This document shows, piece by piece, positions 24,237 through 32,846 of a DNA stretch of 64,000 nt. The position numbers and the translations under genes are program-made. The DNA comes from Bradymonadia bacterium. GTDB lineage: Bacteria > Myxococcota_A > Bradymonadia > UBA7976 > UBA1532. Below the pieces are notes generated by a model. It was not told where the DNA came from. It saw nothing but the letters and a program-made list of their open reading frames with translations, and did no database searches. Positions within the stretch are counted from its first letter, which is position 1, and every line of letters begins with the position of its first letter. The DNA lies in assembly GCA_046290225.1 (NCBI GenBank), contig JBKAGE010000037.1:256001-320000 (forward strand), in the 5' to 3' direction.

Positions 24237-25829
24237 ATGAACAACAAAGCCGCAGCACAGAAGCAGCCTCGGGCGCTCTACATGCTGTTCTTCGCCGAGA
24301 TGTGGGAGCGCTTCAGCTTCTACGGCATGCGGGCTCTGCTCACCCTCTATTTGACCCGTCAGCTCTTCGTCGACCTGTCGAACGAAGACGCCAAGGCCAA
24401 GGCCATCGGCATCTACGCCGCCTATGGCGCCCTGGTGTACGCCACCCCATTCCTCGGGGGCATCATCGCCGACAAGCTGCTGGGCTATAAGAAGTCGGTC
24501 ATGCTCGGCTCGGTCCTCATGGCCATCGGTCACTTCGTGATGGCCATCGAGAACGAGTTCTTCCTCTACATCGCGCTGTCGTTCCTCATCATCGGGAACG
24601 GCTTCTTCAAACCCAACATCTCGTCGATGGTGGGTGGCCTCTACGAAGAGGGTGATCCACGGCGAGATGGTGGATTCACCATCTTCTATATGGGCATCAA
24701 CCTCGGGGCCTTCCTCGCCCCCCTCGCCTGCGGCTACATCGGTGAGACCTACGGCTGGTTCTGGGGCTTCGGCCTTGCCGGCATCGGCATGATCGCCGGG
24801 CTCTTCGTCTTCGGTCAGGGCCAGGGCAAACTCGGCGAGAATGGCGATCCGCCCAACCGCGCGAAGCTCAAAGCCCCCCTCGTCGCCGGCCTCAGCGCCG
24901 AGCTGACCATCTACGTGGGCGCCTTCGTCGCTGTGGGCGCATTTGCCCTGCTGGTGAAGTACTACGAGCTCATGAGCTACGTGCTCACCCCCTTCGCCCT
25001 GGGCGTGCTGCTCATCATCATCTTCACCGCCGTACGCAGCGAGCCCAAAGAGCGTGATCGGCTCTTCGTGGTGGTGTTGCTGCTCTTCTTCTCCACATTG
25101 TTCTGGGCCTTCTTCGAGCAGGCCGGCTCGTCGATCACTCTGTTCACCGACATGAACGTCGATCGCATGGGCATCCCCGCTTCGATCTTCCAATCGGTGA
25201 ACCCAATCTTCATCGTCATGCTGGCGCCGCTCTTCTCGATGATGTGGACCGGCATGGGCCGCAAGGGCATCGAGCCGTCGACCCCGGTGAAGTTCGGCCT
25301 CGGCCTCCTGCAGCTCGGCGCGGGCTTCCTGATCTTCGTCGTTGGCGGCACCTTCGTCGGTGTGAACGACATCGAGGTCATGGGCCCCGACGGCAACCCC
25401 ATGACCATCGCCGCCGCCACGGTGCCGGTCATCTTCCTGATCCTCGGCTACCTGCTGCACACCACCGGTGAGCTGTGCCTCTCCCCCGTGGGGCTGTCGA
25501 TGGTGACCAAGCTGGCCCCCAAGCGGATCACCGCCATGGTCATGGGCGGCTGGTTCCTGTCCTCGGCCATGGCCCACCACATCGGTGGTGTCATCGCCAC
25601 CCTCACCGCCAAAGAGGGTGACGCCGCCCTCGCCCTCGGCGAGCGGGCCATCAACGCCGGCCTGCTCGAGGCCGGCGCCAGCCACCCTGAGGCCGTGCTC
25701 AAATCTTTCGATCAGCTCGCAGGCTACATGGAGGTGTTCCAGCCCCTCGGCATCATCGCCATCGGCGCCGGTGTGGTCGTCTTCGCCCTGACGCCCCTGC
25801 TCAAGAAGTGGATGCACGGGGTGCACTGA
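24237..25829 (+). CDS. POT family proton-dependent di/tripeptide MFS transporter
   Basis: EMWERFSFYG, GNGFFKPN, FYMGINLG, QSVNP and GELCLSPVGLS motifs. Confidence 0.95.
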   Translation: MNNKAAAQKQPRALYMLFFAEMWERFSFYGMRALLTLYLTRQLFVDLSNEDAKAKAIGIYAAYGALVYATPFLGGIIADKLLGYKKSVMLGSVLMAIGHFVMAIENEFFLYIALSFLIIGNGFFKPNISSMVGGLYEEGDPRRDGGFTIFYMGINLGAFLAPLACGYIGETYGWFWGFGLAGIGMIAGLFVFGQGQGKLGENGDPPNRAKLKAPLVAGLSAELTIYVGAFVAVGAFALLVKYYELMSYVLTPFALGVLLIIIFTAVRSEPKERDRLFVVVLLLFFSTLFWAFFEQAGSSITLFTDMNVDRMGIPASIFQSVNPIFIVMLAPLFSMMWTGMGRKGIEPSTPVKFGLGLLQLGAGFLIFVVGGTFVGVNDIEVMGPDGNPMTIAAATVPVIFLILGYLLHTTGELCLSPVGLSMVTKLAPKRITAMVMGGWFLSSAMAHHIGGVIATLTAKEGDAALALGERAINAGLLEAGASHPEAVLKSFDQLAGYMEVFQPLGIIAIGAGVVVFALTPLLKKWMHGVH

Positions 25830-25872
25830 GCCAGGTGCACTGAGCCAGGTGCACTGAGCCAGGTGCACTGAG
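25820..25872. repeat. 14-bp tandem repeat (GGTGCACTGAGCCA, about 3.8 copies)
   Basis: Exact units at 25820, 25834 and 25848, partial unit at 25862; the first unit contains the transporter stop codon. Confidence 0.95.
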
Positions 25873-25989
25873 TGCGTCACAGCTGTGACCTCATGTCACA
25901 GCCCCTGACCTTCTCCTGGCGCCGTTGCGCCGTTTCCATGCTGGCATCGTCGTTGCTGAAAGCCTCCGGGTCACCCACACGGAGGCAGC

Positions 25990-26694
25990 ATGAAGAAACG
26001 CACCGTCATTCCCTACGCCCTCACCCTTGGCAACCTGCTCTGCGGCGTGCTCGCCATGGGCGTCGTCGCCAGCGGCTGGCCGCTGTGGCAGGCCGGCGCC
26101 TTCGTGGGCTTGGGCCTGCTCTTCGACCTCTTCGACGGGCGCACCGCCCGAGCCCTCGACGTCGACGGGCCCATGGGGGCGCAGCTCGACAGCCTCGCCG
26201 ACGTGGTCACCTTCGGCGTGGCCCCGGCTTTCACCCTGCACGCCTGGAAGCTGCACGAGGCCGGCCCCATCGGCCTCATCGCCGCGGGCCTGCTCATCGC
26301 TGCCGCCGCCACCCGCCTCGCGCGGTTCAACGTCGACGCTGGCGCCCCCAAGGTGGTGGAGGGCCCCGCGCAGTTCAGCGGTCTCGCCGTCACCATCCCT
26401 GCCCTCATCACCCTCGGTGCCGCCGCCGCAGACGTCTCGATTCACCCTGTGATGCTTTCGGCATGCGCCATCGTACTCGCCGGACTCATGGTGAGCACCC
26501 TGCCGTACCGCAGCTTCAAAGATCGCTCGGTGCTGCTCATCGTGGGCCCCTCGGCGGTCCTGCTCGCCCTCGGCGTACTCTGGACCGGCTCCCTCGCCAC
26601 CGGCCTGGGCCTCACCGCCGCTCTCGGCGGCACCGTGTATGCCCTCAGCGGCCCGCTGTGTGCTCTGTGGCGCCGCCCGCCCTGCGCCGCCTGA
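25990..26694 (+). CDS. pssA: CDP-alcohol phosphatidyltransferase (phosphatidylserine synthase-like)
   Basis: DLFDGRTAR...GAQLDSLADVVTFGVAP, RLARFN, FSGL, LMVS motifs. Confidence 0.85.
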   Translation: MKKRTVIPYALTLGNLLCGVLAMGVVASGWPLWQAGAFVGLGLLFDLFDGRTARALDVDGPMGAQLDSLADVVTFGVAPAFTLHAWKLHEAGPIGLIAAGLLIAAAATRLARFNVDAGAPKVVEGPAQFSGLAVTIPALITLGAAAADVSIHPVMLSACAIVLAGLMVSTLPYRSFKDRSVLLIVGPSAVLLALGVLWTGSLATGLGLTAALGGTVYALSGPLCALWRRPPCAA

Positions 26695-26866
26695 GGTCAG
26701 GCTCTGGCGCAAACACACCTAAACGTTTGCGCACCTTCGAGCGACGTTGATCTGTGCCTGAGGCGCCGTTACCTTCGAAACGTGCACCCACAGGTGGTGG
26801 TGGCGCATCTCCACACCACCTCCTGAAACAGCGTCCCCTGAAGTCGGGTCTGCAACAGAGACACAG

Positions 26867-27250
26867 ATGACCACCGATCTGCTCCACAACGTAGCCGAGC
26901 ATCTGCAGTATCTGGGCTACACCATCGAAGACCACACCCCCGGCGAGGGGCTACGGGTGACCCATAAGCAACGCTATGGCACCACGTTCAAGGTCTTCCA
27001 GAACGGCCTGCTGCTGCGCACGTACTTCGACACCCGGGCCGAGCCCCACCAGCTGCTCTACTTCGCCAACAGCCTCAACCAGGAAGCCGTCGTCGCCCGG
27101 TTCCTTCTCGGCAAAGATGGCCTCTTCGTCATGGAAGCCTGGATGGCTGCGCCCTATGATCGAGGGCGCTTTGCAGCCTTCATGGACGCCTGGCACCAGG
27201 ACGCCACCACCCTCACCCGCTCCCCCATGGCCGGCGAGGTCCTCGAGTAA
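26867..27250 (+). CDS. YbjN-domain-like protein
   Basis: 127 aa; FANSLN...ARF pattern and C-terminal helix like YbjN/chaperone-fold proteins. Confidence 0.55.
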   Translation: MTTDLLHNVAEHLQYLGYTIEDHTPGEGLRVTHKQRYGTTFKVFQNGLLLRTYFDTRAEPHQLLYFANSLNQEAVVARFLLGKDGLFVMEAWMAAPYDRGRFAAFMDAWHQDATTLTRSPMAGEVLE

Positions 27251-27426
27251 CATCTCTCCAGGTCTCAAGCCGCCCGACCGAGGCGCCGAAAAGACAGTCA
27301 CGCCGCCCATTGACAGGGCGTCAACGCTGTAAAACCACAGCTTGACAAGCCTGGCATGAAGATCGCTCTCCCCTGTGCCGACAAGCCAGGGTGATGACGG
27401 GAAGACGGTTGACTGGGAGGGAGCCC

Positions 27427-27888
27427 ATGAGCCTGCACATCAAATCATTGTCCGAAGAGGCCGTTCTGCAGTGTGCCGCACACAGCGAGATGCTCGATCC
27501 ACGAGATCTACACGCGTGGCAGCGCGATGGTGGTGAGGCGGTGGCCCTCGGCGCCTACGAGGACGATCAGCTCGTCGGCGTGCTCCTGGCCCGCACGGGT
27601 CTCGAAGGTACGCTGTGTACCACCCTCACCGTGGATGATCCCGGTGGCACGCACGTGACCCCTTACAGTTTACTGCTCGCCCTTGCCGAGAGCCTGCCCG
27701 AGGCGGTCAAGAGCCACTGCCAGTTCGTGCTGAGGCGGGCCGATCTATCAGTGCGACAGGCCATCGAAATGTTCGGCGGCTGGCCGCGCTCACCGCAGGC
27801 CGGCGAAGATCCGGACGCGTGGTGCGCCGCCCTCTCCGAAGAGCGGATCGAGCGCTGTCGCACCCCAGTGAAGTCAATGCTCGGCTGA
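27427..27888 (+). CDS. Hypothetical protein, possibly a degenerate GNAT fold
   Basis: GGGAGG RBS before the ATG at 27427; ALGAYEDDQLVG beta-hairpin like GNAT proteins. Confidence 0.55.
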   Translation: MSLHIKSLSEEAVLQCAAHSEMLDPRDLHAWQRDGGEAVALGAYEDDQLVGVLLARTGLEGTLCTTLTVDDPGGTHVTPYSLLLALAESLPEAVKSHCQFVLRRADLSVRQAIEMFGGWPRSPQAGEDPDAWCAALSEERIERCRTPVKSMLG

Positions 27889-27955
27889 GCCACCTGTTCG
27901 AGGCAGCTCTGCTGAAGCTGCCATCCTGCCGTGGGCCAATGATATACCTCGGCCC

Positions 27956-29890
27956 ATGACTCATTCCTTTGCAGATGTCGACGCCGAGCTCGCCGCCCTG
28001 AAGCGGCTCGAAGATCTCTGGCGCCGAGAGCACGCCGCCGCTCAGGCTCAAGTCATCACCGAGCGTCGAGAAACCCCACTCAAACTCCGCGTCAAAGCAG
28101 GGACTGCCCTCAGGGGCCTTTCTGTGGACGATGTCGGCGCCCTGCCCGGGCGTCGATGCCGCGTGAAGGTGCAGGCAGATCCGGCGGAACAGCTCGCGCA
28201 CTTTCAGGGCAACGCCGGCGCCCCTGTGAAGCTGTGGTGGTCCGATCCGGAAGCCGAGAATGCCATCAACGCCCTGGTGCACCGCAAACGCGGAGACCGA
28301 CTCGAGCTCGCCCTGGACGAACGACACCTCGACGCGCTGGAGTCTGGCGGGTTCAGGCTCGATCTCGACGCGCCCTCCACCACGTTCAACCGGGGTATGG
28401 AGGCGCTGAGGCTCTGGGCGAAGGCCGCCCCGGACACGAACATCGGGCGTCTGCGCCACGTGATCTTCGGCACTGGAGAAGGCGAGCTGTTGTCTGCCCC
28501 CGTCGAGGGCATCGATCCCACCTTGAACGCACCTCAGCAGGCCGCCGTTCGCGGCGCACTGCAGCGCCGGCCTCTGCACTTGATCCACGGGCCACCAGGC
28601 ACTGGCAAAACCCGCACTCTGCTCGCCATCCTCGCCATCCTCGCCCGACGCGAGAAAGTGCTGGTGTGCGCCCCGAGCAACAGCGCCGTCGACCACCTCG
28701 TCGAAGGCCTGCTCGCCGCGGGGCTCGATCCGATCCGCCTCGGCCACCCTTCCCGGGTCTCCCCTGGCGCTGAGCGCTGCACCCTCGACAGTCGCGTCGA
28801 AGAGGCCGAGGCTTCAGCCCTGGCGAGGCAGTGGCAAGCGGAAGGTGCCCGGCTTCAACGGCAAGCGCGGGCGAAGTGGGCTCGAGGGCAGCGCGGCGAG
28901 AGTCAGGCCCTCAGGGCTCAGGCCCGACAGCTCTTCCGCGACGCCCGGCAATACTTGCAGCGCACCGAGAGCGCCATCTTGAGCCAGGCCCGGGTGGTGT
29001 GCACCACCCTCGCAGGCGCAGGGGGCAGGCGACTCGACGCCTGCACTTTCGACACCGTGATCGTCGACGAGGCCACTCAGGCGCCCGATCCTCTGATGCT
29101 GGTGGCCCTCTCTCGGGGGGCCACGGCGATCCTCGCCGGCGACCCGCAGCAGCTGCCCCCCACCATCATCGACGTCACCGCCGCCCGTGAAGGTCTGGCC
29201 CGTACCATCTTCGAGCGCCTCACCGCCGAACGGCCTGTGCTCTGCCAGATGTTGGAGGTGCAGTACCGCATGCACGCCGCCATCATGCAGTTCCCCTCGG
29301 ACCAGATGTACGATGGGCGCCTCGAAGCCCACGAGTCAGTGGCGGCCCACACCCTGGACGATCTCGACGTCCGCCCCGATATGCTGCGCCCTGGCCCCCT
29401 GGTCTTCATCGACACAGCCGGCAAAGGCTTCGATGAGCAGCAAGGTGTGGATGATCCCACGATCAGCAACCCGGGACAGGGCGATCGTACAGCGGCAGAG
29501 GTGCGTCGGCTCCTCGGCCGGGGGCTCCCCCCAGAGCATGTGGCGGTGATCGCGCCTTATCGCGGTCAAGTCATGTGGCTCAGATCAGCCCTCGCCGAGG
29601 CCCGCGCTCAAGGTCTGGAGATCGACTCGGTAGATGGCTTCCAGGGTCGTGAGAAAGAAGCAGTGGTGGTGGATCTCGTGCGCAGCAACCCCGATGGTGC
29701 CATGGGGTTCCTCGGAGATGTTCGGCGGATGAACGTGGCCCTCACCCGCGCTCGACGATGCCTCTACGTCATCGGCGACAGCGCGACGCTGGGACAACAC
29801 CCGTTCTATGAAGCCTTCATGGCCGCCGTCGAAGATCACGGCGCCTGGATATCAGCCTGGTCCGACGACGCACCCCCCTTCGAGGGATAG
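27956..29890 (+). CDS. Superfamily 1 Upf1/IGHMBP2-like helicase
   Basis: GPPGTGKT, APSNSAVD, DEATQ, GDPQQLPP, QYRMH, VDGFQGREKE and RRMNVALTRAR motifs. Confidence 0.93.
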   Translation: MTHSFADVDAELAALKRLEDLWRREHAAAQAQVITERRETPLKLRVKAGTALRGLSVDDVGALPGRRCRVKVQADPAEQLAHFQGNAGAPVKLWWSDPEAENAINALVHRKRGDRLELALDERHLDALESGGFRLDLDAPSTTFNRGMEALRLWAKAAPDTNIGRLRHVIFGTGEGELLSAPVEGIDPTLNAPQQAAVRGALQRRPLHLIHGPPGTGKTRTLLAILAILARREKVLVCAPSNSAVDHLVEGLLAAGLDPIRLGHPSRVSPGAERCTLDSRVEEAEASALARQWQAEGARLQRQARAKWARGQRGESQALRAQARQLFRDARQYLQRTESAILSQARVVCTTLAGAGGRRLDACTFDTVIVDEATQAPDPLMLVALSRGATAILAGDPQQLPPTIIDVTAAREGLARTIFERLTAERPVLCQMLEVQYRMHAAIMQFPSDQMYDGRLEAHESVAAHTLDDLDVRPDMLRPGPLVFIDTAGKGFDEQQGVDDPTISNPGQGDRTAAEVRRLLGRGLPPEHVAVIAPYRGQVMWLRSALAEARAQGLEIDSVDGFQGREKEAVVVDLVRSNPDGAMGFLGDVRRMNVALTRARRCLYVIGDSATLGQHPFYEAFMAAVEDHGAWISAWSDDAPPFEG

Positions 29891-30121
29891 CGCCCGTCAG
29901 CATGATCAGAAGCCGGTCTCTCGCGCTCTCAACACCATCTCACCCTTGTCAATGTGGCCACAGGAACTGTGGGGGCACGCCAGATATTCCGTGCACGGTC
30001 GAATGGCAACCTCTTCGAACACTCAGAGGCGTTTTTGAACAGCATGTTGGCGATGACCACAGGGTGACGGCGTTCTATGACAGCTTGCTGAGCTGCATGT
30101 CACAGCACTGAAACGAATTGT

Positions 30122-30241
30122 GGAAGAAAGAAAAAGGATCGACCTCGGATGCGCGCTGAGGGGAGGCATCGGGAGAGGGATGCACACACCCGAGGTCGAT
30201 CTCGACATGCCGAGATGAGGGGAGGATAAGTCTCGGCACGC
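30122..30241 (-). ncRNA. Candidate small RNA: two hairpins with identical C-rich loop motif, then a U-tract
   Basis: 20-bp stem (30137-30156 with 30182-30201) whose three imperfections are all G.U pairs on the minus strand; second stem of about 9-11 bp (30207-30215 with 30231-30239); both loops end in CCUCCCCUCA; followed by CUUUUUCUUUCUUCC. Confidence 0.55.
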
Positions 30242-30457
30242 ACCCTAAGTACAAAGCAATAAGGATGCCGTTCATTCCCCAACGGTCCGCCCCCCCACAC
30301 AACCCACTGAAATCATTCAACACGGCTTATAAATCGGGACAAACGGGTACGCCAGACCGGACAGATGACCGGCGCCCAAGCGGACATGTGTGCTGAAATT
30401 TGCGGACAACTGTGCGTGAGGCGCACGGAAATCTGACGGCGGGTGACAGCTCTGCGA

Positions 30458-31867
30458 TCAGACCGCGAACCGTTGCACGAGGGCTGCGACCTCACGGCCT
30501 CGGCTGGCGTTCTGCTCACTGTCGTGCATGACGTCGCGGACCATGACCTGCAGATCGCTCACGCTGCCCACCAGCTCTTCGAGGGCCCGGCCCGCATCCC
30601 CAGCCATGGAGATGCCCGACTGAGCCGCAGCCTGACTCGAGGTCACTGTGTGCATGAGGCTCTGGGCGTTGGACTGCATCTGGCCCACGCGACTTTCGAT
30701 GTCTCGGGTCACGTCGCTCACGCGGTTGGCGAGGTTCTTGACCTCTTCTGCCACCACGGCGAAGCCCTTGCCAGCATCGCCGGCTCGGGCGGACTCGATG
30801 GTGGCGTTCAATGCCAGCAAGTTCGTCTGCTCAGCGATCTCGTTGATGAGCACTGTGGCCTCACCGATCTCACCGCTCGACTGCACCAACACCTCGATGA
30901 CCTCGGAGATGCCATCGACCTGCTCGGCGAGATTCTCGATGCACGACACCGTCTCTCTGATCACCTCGCCGCCTCGACGAGCCACTTCACCGTTGGATTG
31001 TGCGGCATCGCCCATCTCACCGGTCTTCTGCGCCGACGCCTGCACTGACGAGGTGAGCGCAGACAAACTCTTGAGCACTTCGCCGACTTGAGCAGCCTGC
31101 TGTGTACGCTTGCTCTCCGAGTTGAGCACAGCTTCTTCGACGCGACGCTCGACATCGGCCTTCGCCGCCTCGAGCTCCGCCATCAGCGCCTGGTTCTCCC
31201 GCTCTCGACGATTGGCCTCTGCCACCAGGGCCTCGGCCTTCTGATGCTCGCTCTGAATCTGCATGATGAGGGCCTCGACCTCGCTGTGCTTTTCAACAGC
31301 GACCTTCATCTCCATGATCTGCGTTCGGATGCCCATGAACAACACCACATCTTCGATGATGACGTAGGCCGCGTGCTCCACCACCCGCCAGGGCGAGGCC
31401 TCCATGAGTCCGAAGACCGACTCGGGAAACCAGATGCCCCGCACCAGGTGATCCACCGCCGTGATCGCGGTGAAGGTGATGAGCAGTGTCCAGTCTCTGA
31501 AGAAAGCCACCCAGGCCAGAGAGACAAAGACATAGAAGTGCGTTTCGATGCGCCCGCCTGTCAGGTGGACCGCCAGAGCACACACCACAGCCTGCCCCGC
31601 CACGATGGCATGGCGAGTCATCGCTTGCGAAGGCGCCGTCCGAGCCATGAAGGCCGGGACCAGCGTCGCGGCGCCGCCGAGGAGCACCGCGGCCCACACG
31701 TGCACGTGCGTACTGCTCTCGGCCCCGGACCACGTCTCCGGCGACACGATGAAGGCCACGAGGATCAACACGGGCCATTGCAGCAACATCAGCTTGCCGA
31801 ACAAGCCGGCCGTAGCGGCGTAAGTCTCCTGAAGCCGCCCCTCCACAGTGCCTGGATGAGAATACAT
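30458..31867 (-). CDS. Methyl-accepting chemotaxis protein with multi-TM N-terminal sensor domain
   Basis: [37 protein letters not shown] hairpin; TM region with [17 protein letters not shown] before the ATG at 31867. Confidence 0.9.
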   Translation of the reverse strand: MYSHPGTVEGRLQETYAATAGLFGKLMLLQWPVLILVAFIVSPETWSGAESSTHVHVWAAVLLGGAATLVPAFMARTAPSQAMTRHAIVAGQAVVCALAVHLTGGRIETHFYVFVSLAWVAFFRDWTLLITFTAITAVDHLVRGIWFPESVFGLMEASPWRVVEHAAYVIIEDVVLFMGIRTQIMEMKVAVEKHSEVEALIMQIQSEHQKAEALVAEANRRERENQALMAELEAAKADVERRVEEAVLNSESKRTQQAAQVGEVLKSLSALTSSVQASAQKTGEMGDAAQSNGEVARRGGEVIRETVSCIENLAEQVDGISEVIEVLVQSSGEIGEATVLINEIAEQTNLLALNATIESARAGDAGKGFAVVAEEVKNLANRVSDVTRDIESRVGQMQSNAQSLMHTVTSSQAAAQSGISMAGDAGRALEELVGSVSDLQVMVRDVMHDSEQNASRGREVAALVQRFAV

Positions 31868-31887
31868 CGTGTCCCTCCTGAATGTGT

Positions 31888-32517
31888 TCACGGCGTTCTC
31901 CCAACGCCCTCTGTCCTGCCTCTGTCCTCGGTCAGCTCGCAGCCGTAGACCGCATGCTGATCGCGCGCCCCTGCTCGATGAAGTAGGTGATTGATGACGG
32001 CAAGCTTGCCGATGTTGTCCCCCTCGTGGCCCCGTGATGCAGTGAGCCCACCTCGGTAGACCGGGTGGCCTCCTGCATCGAAGAGCACGGTATGGCCGGA
32101 GGTGAGCGCACCGATCGACGCGCCATGTCGCCCGTCGGGATCATCCACGAGAGTGACCTGCTCGATGGCCCTCAGGCGATCCCGCAGCGTCGTCTCAGTC
32201 CACGGCGTGTCCATGTAGGCGGGCCGATAGACGAGGGCAAAAATCTGAGGCAGCACTCCGCCCCGTCGCGAGATCTCGCCGAGCAAGCGCTCCAGCTCGC
32301 CCGCCGTCGCCTGGGTGCACGGGCAGTGTGGGTGAATGGCGATCAAGAGCGAGAAGCGCTCACCGTCTCCCTGCACACCAGGGATCTCTGGCAACGCCGA
32401 GGGCGGGGGGCCCTGGGCGCCTTCAACACCTTGATAATGTCCCAGCGCCGTGAGCCCCCCCAACAATACGAGGGCCCACACCACCACGCCGAGCGTCGCC
32501 GTCCGGTTCACTTTCAC
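31888..32517 (-). CDS. RedB-like membrane-anchored thioredoxin-fold-like protein
   Basis: N-terminal [36 protein letters not shown]. The family name is recalled, not searched. Confidence 0.7.
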   Translation of the reverse strand: MKVNRTATLGVVVWALVLLGGLTALGHYQGVEGAQGPPPSALPEIPGVQGDGERFSLLIAIHPHCPCTQATAGELERLLGEISRRGGVLPQIFALVYRPAYMDTPWTETTLRDRLRAIEQVTLVDDPDGRHGASIGALTSGHTVLFDAGGHPVYRGGLTASRGHEGDNIGKLAVINHLLHRAGARDQHAVYGCELTEDRGRTEGVGRTP

Positions 32518-32846
32518 ACCTGCGTATGTGACTCCACCTCTTCAACGGCTGTCAGGTGCACCAGATAAAGCGGAATCAAGGGCGGGTGAACGCCGACCCA
32601 GCTGACTTCATGTACGCCACGGTCACACCGTCTTACACAGCACGACACCCACACCCTCTTTTTCTTCTAAAAGCTGATTAAAATGAACCAACTCATTGCC
32701 AATACTGAAGATTTTAAAAAAAAGAGAAGATGTCGCTCTGGTTATCCCGGCGAGAAGCCTGTACCGGCGGGGATTCGCCTTAGACTTATACTCATGGGTG
32801 CGATATCGTCTCACCCATCTACCCTGCGTATTTTTGGGAGGATTCG

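Noticed and set aside
25820..25872. Short repeats as a possible CRISPR array
   Set aside because: Units are 14 bp and contiguous, with no spacers and no cas genes.
26707..26821. Two hairpins (gcgcaaac/gtttgcgc; aggtggtg/caccacct) between pssA and the YbjN-like gene
   Set aside because: No U-tract and no riboswitch consensus I can recognise; not enough support for an RNA call.
30180..30218. 12-codon plus-strand mini-ORF inside the hairpin element
   Set aside because: Poor RBS spacing; the G.U pattern and U-tract favour a minus-strand RNA.
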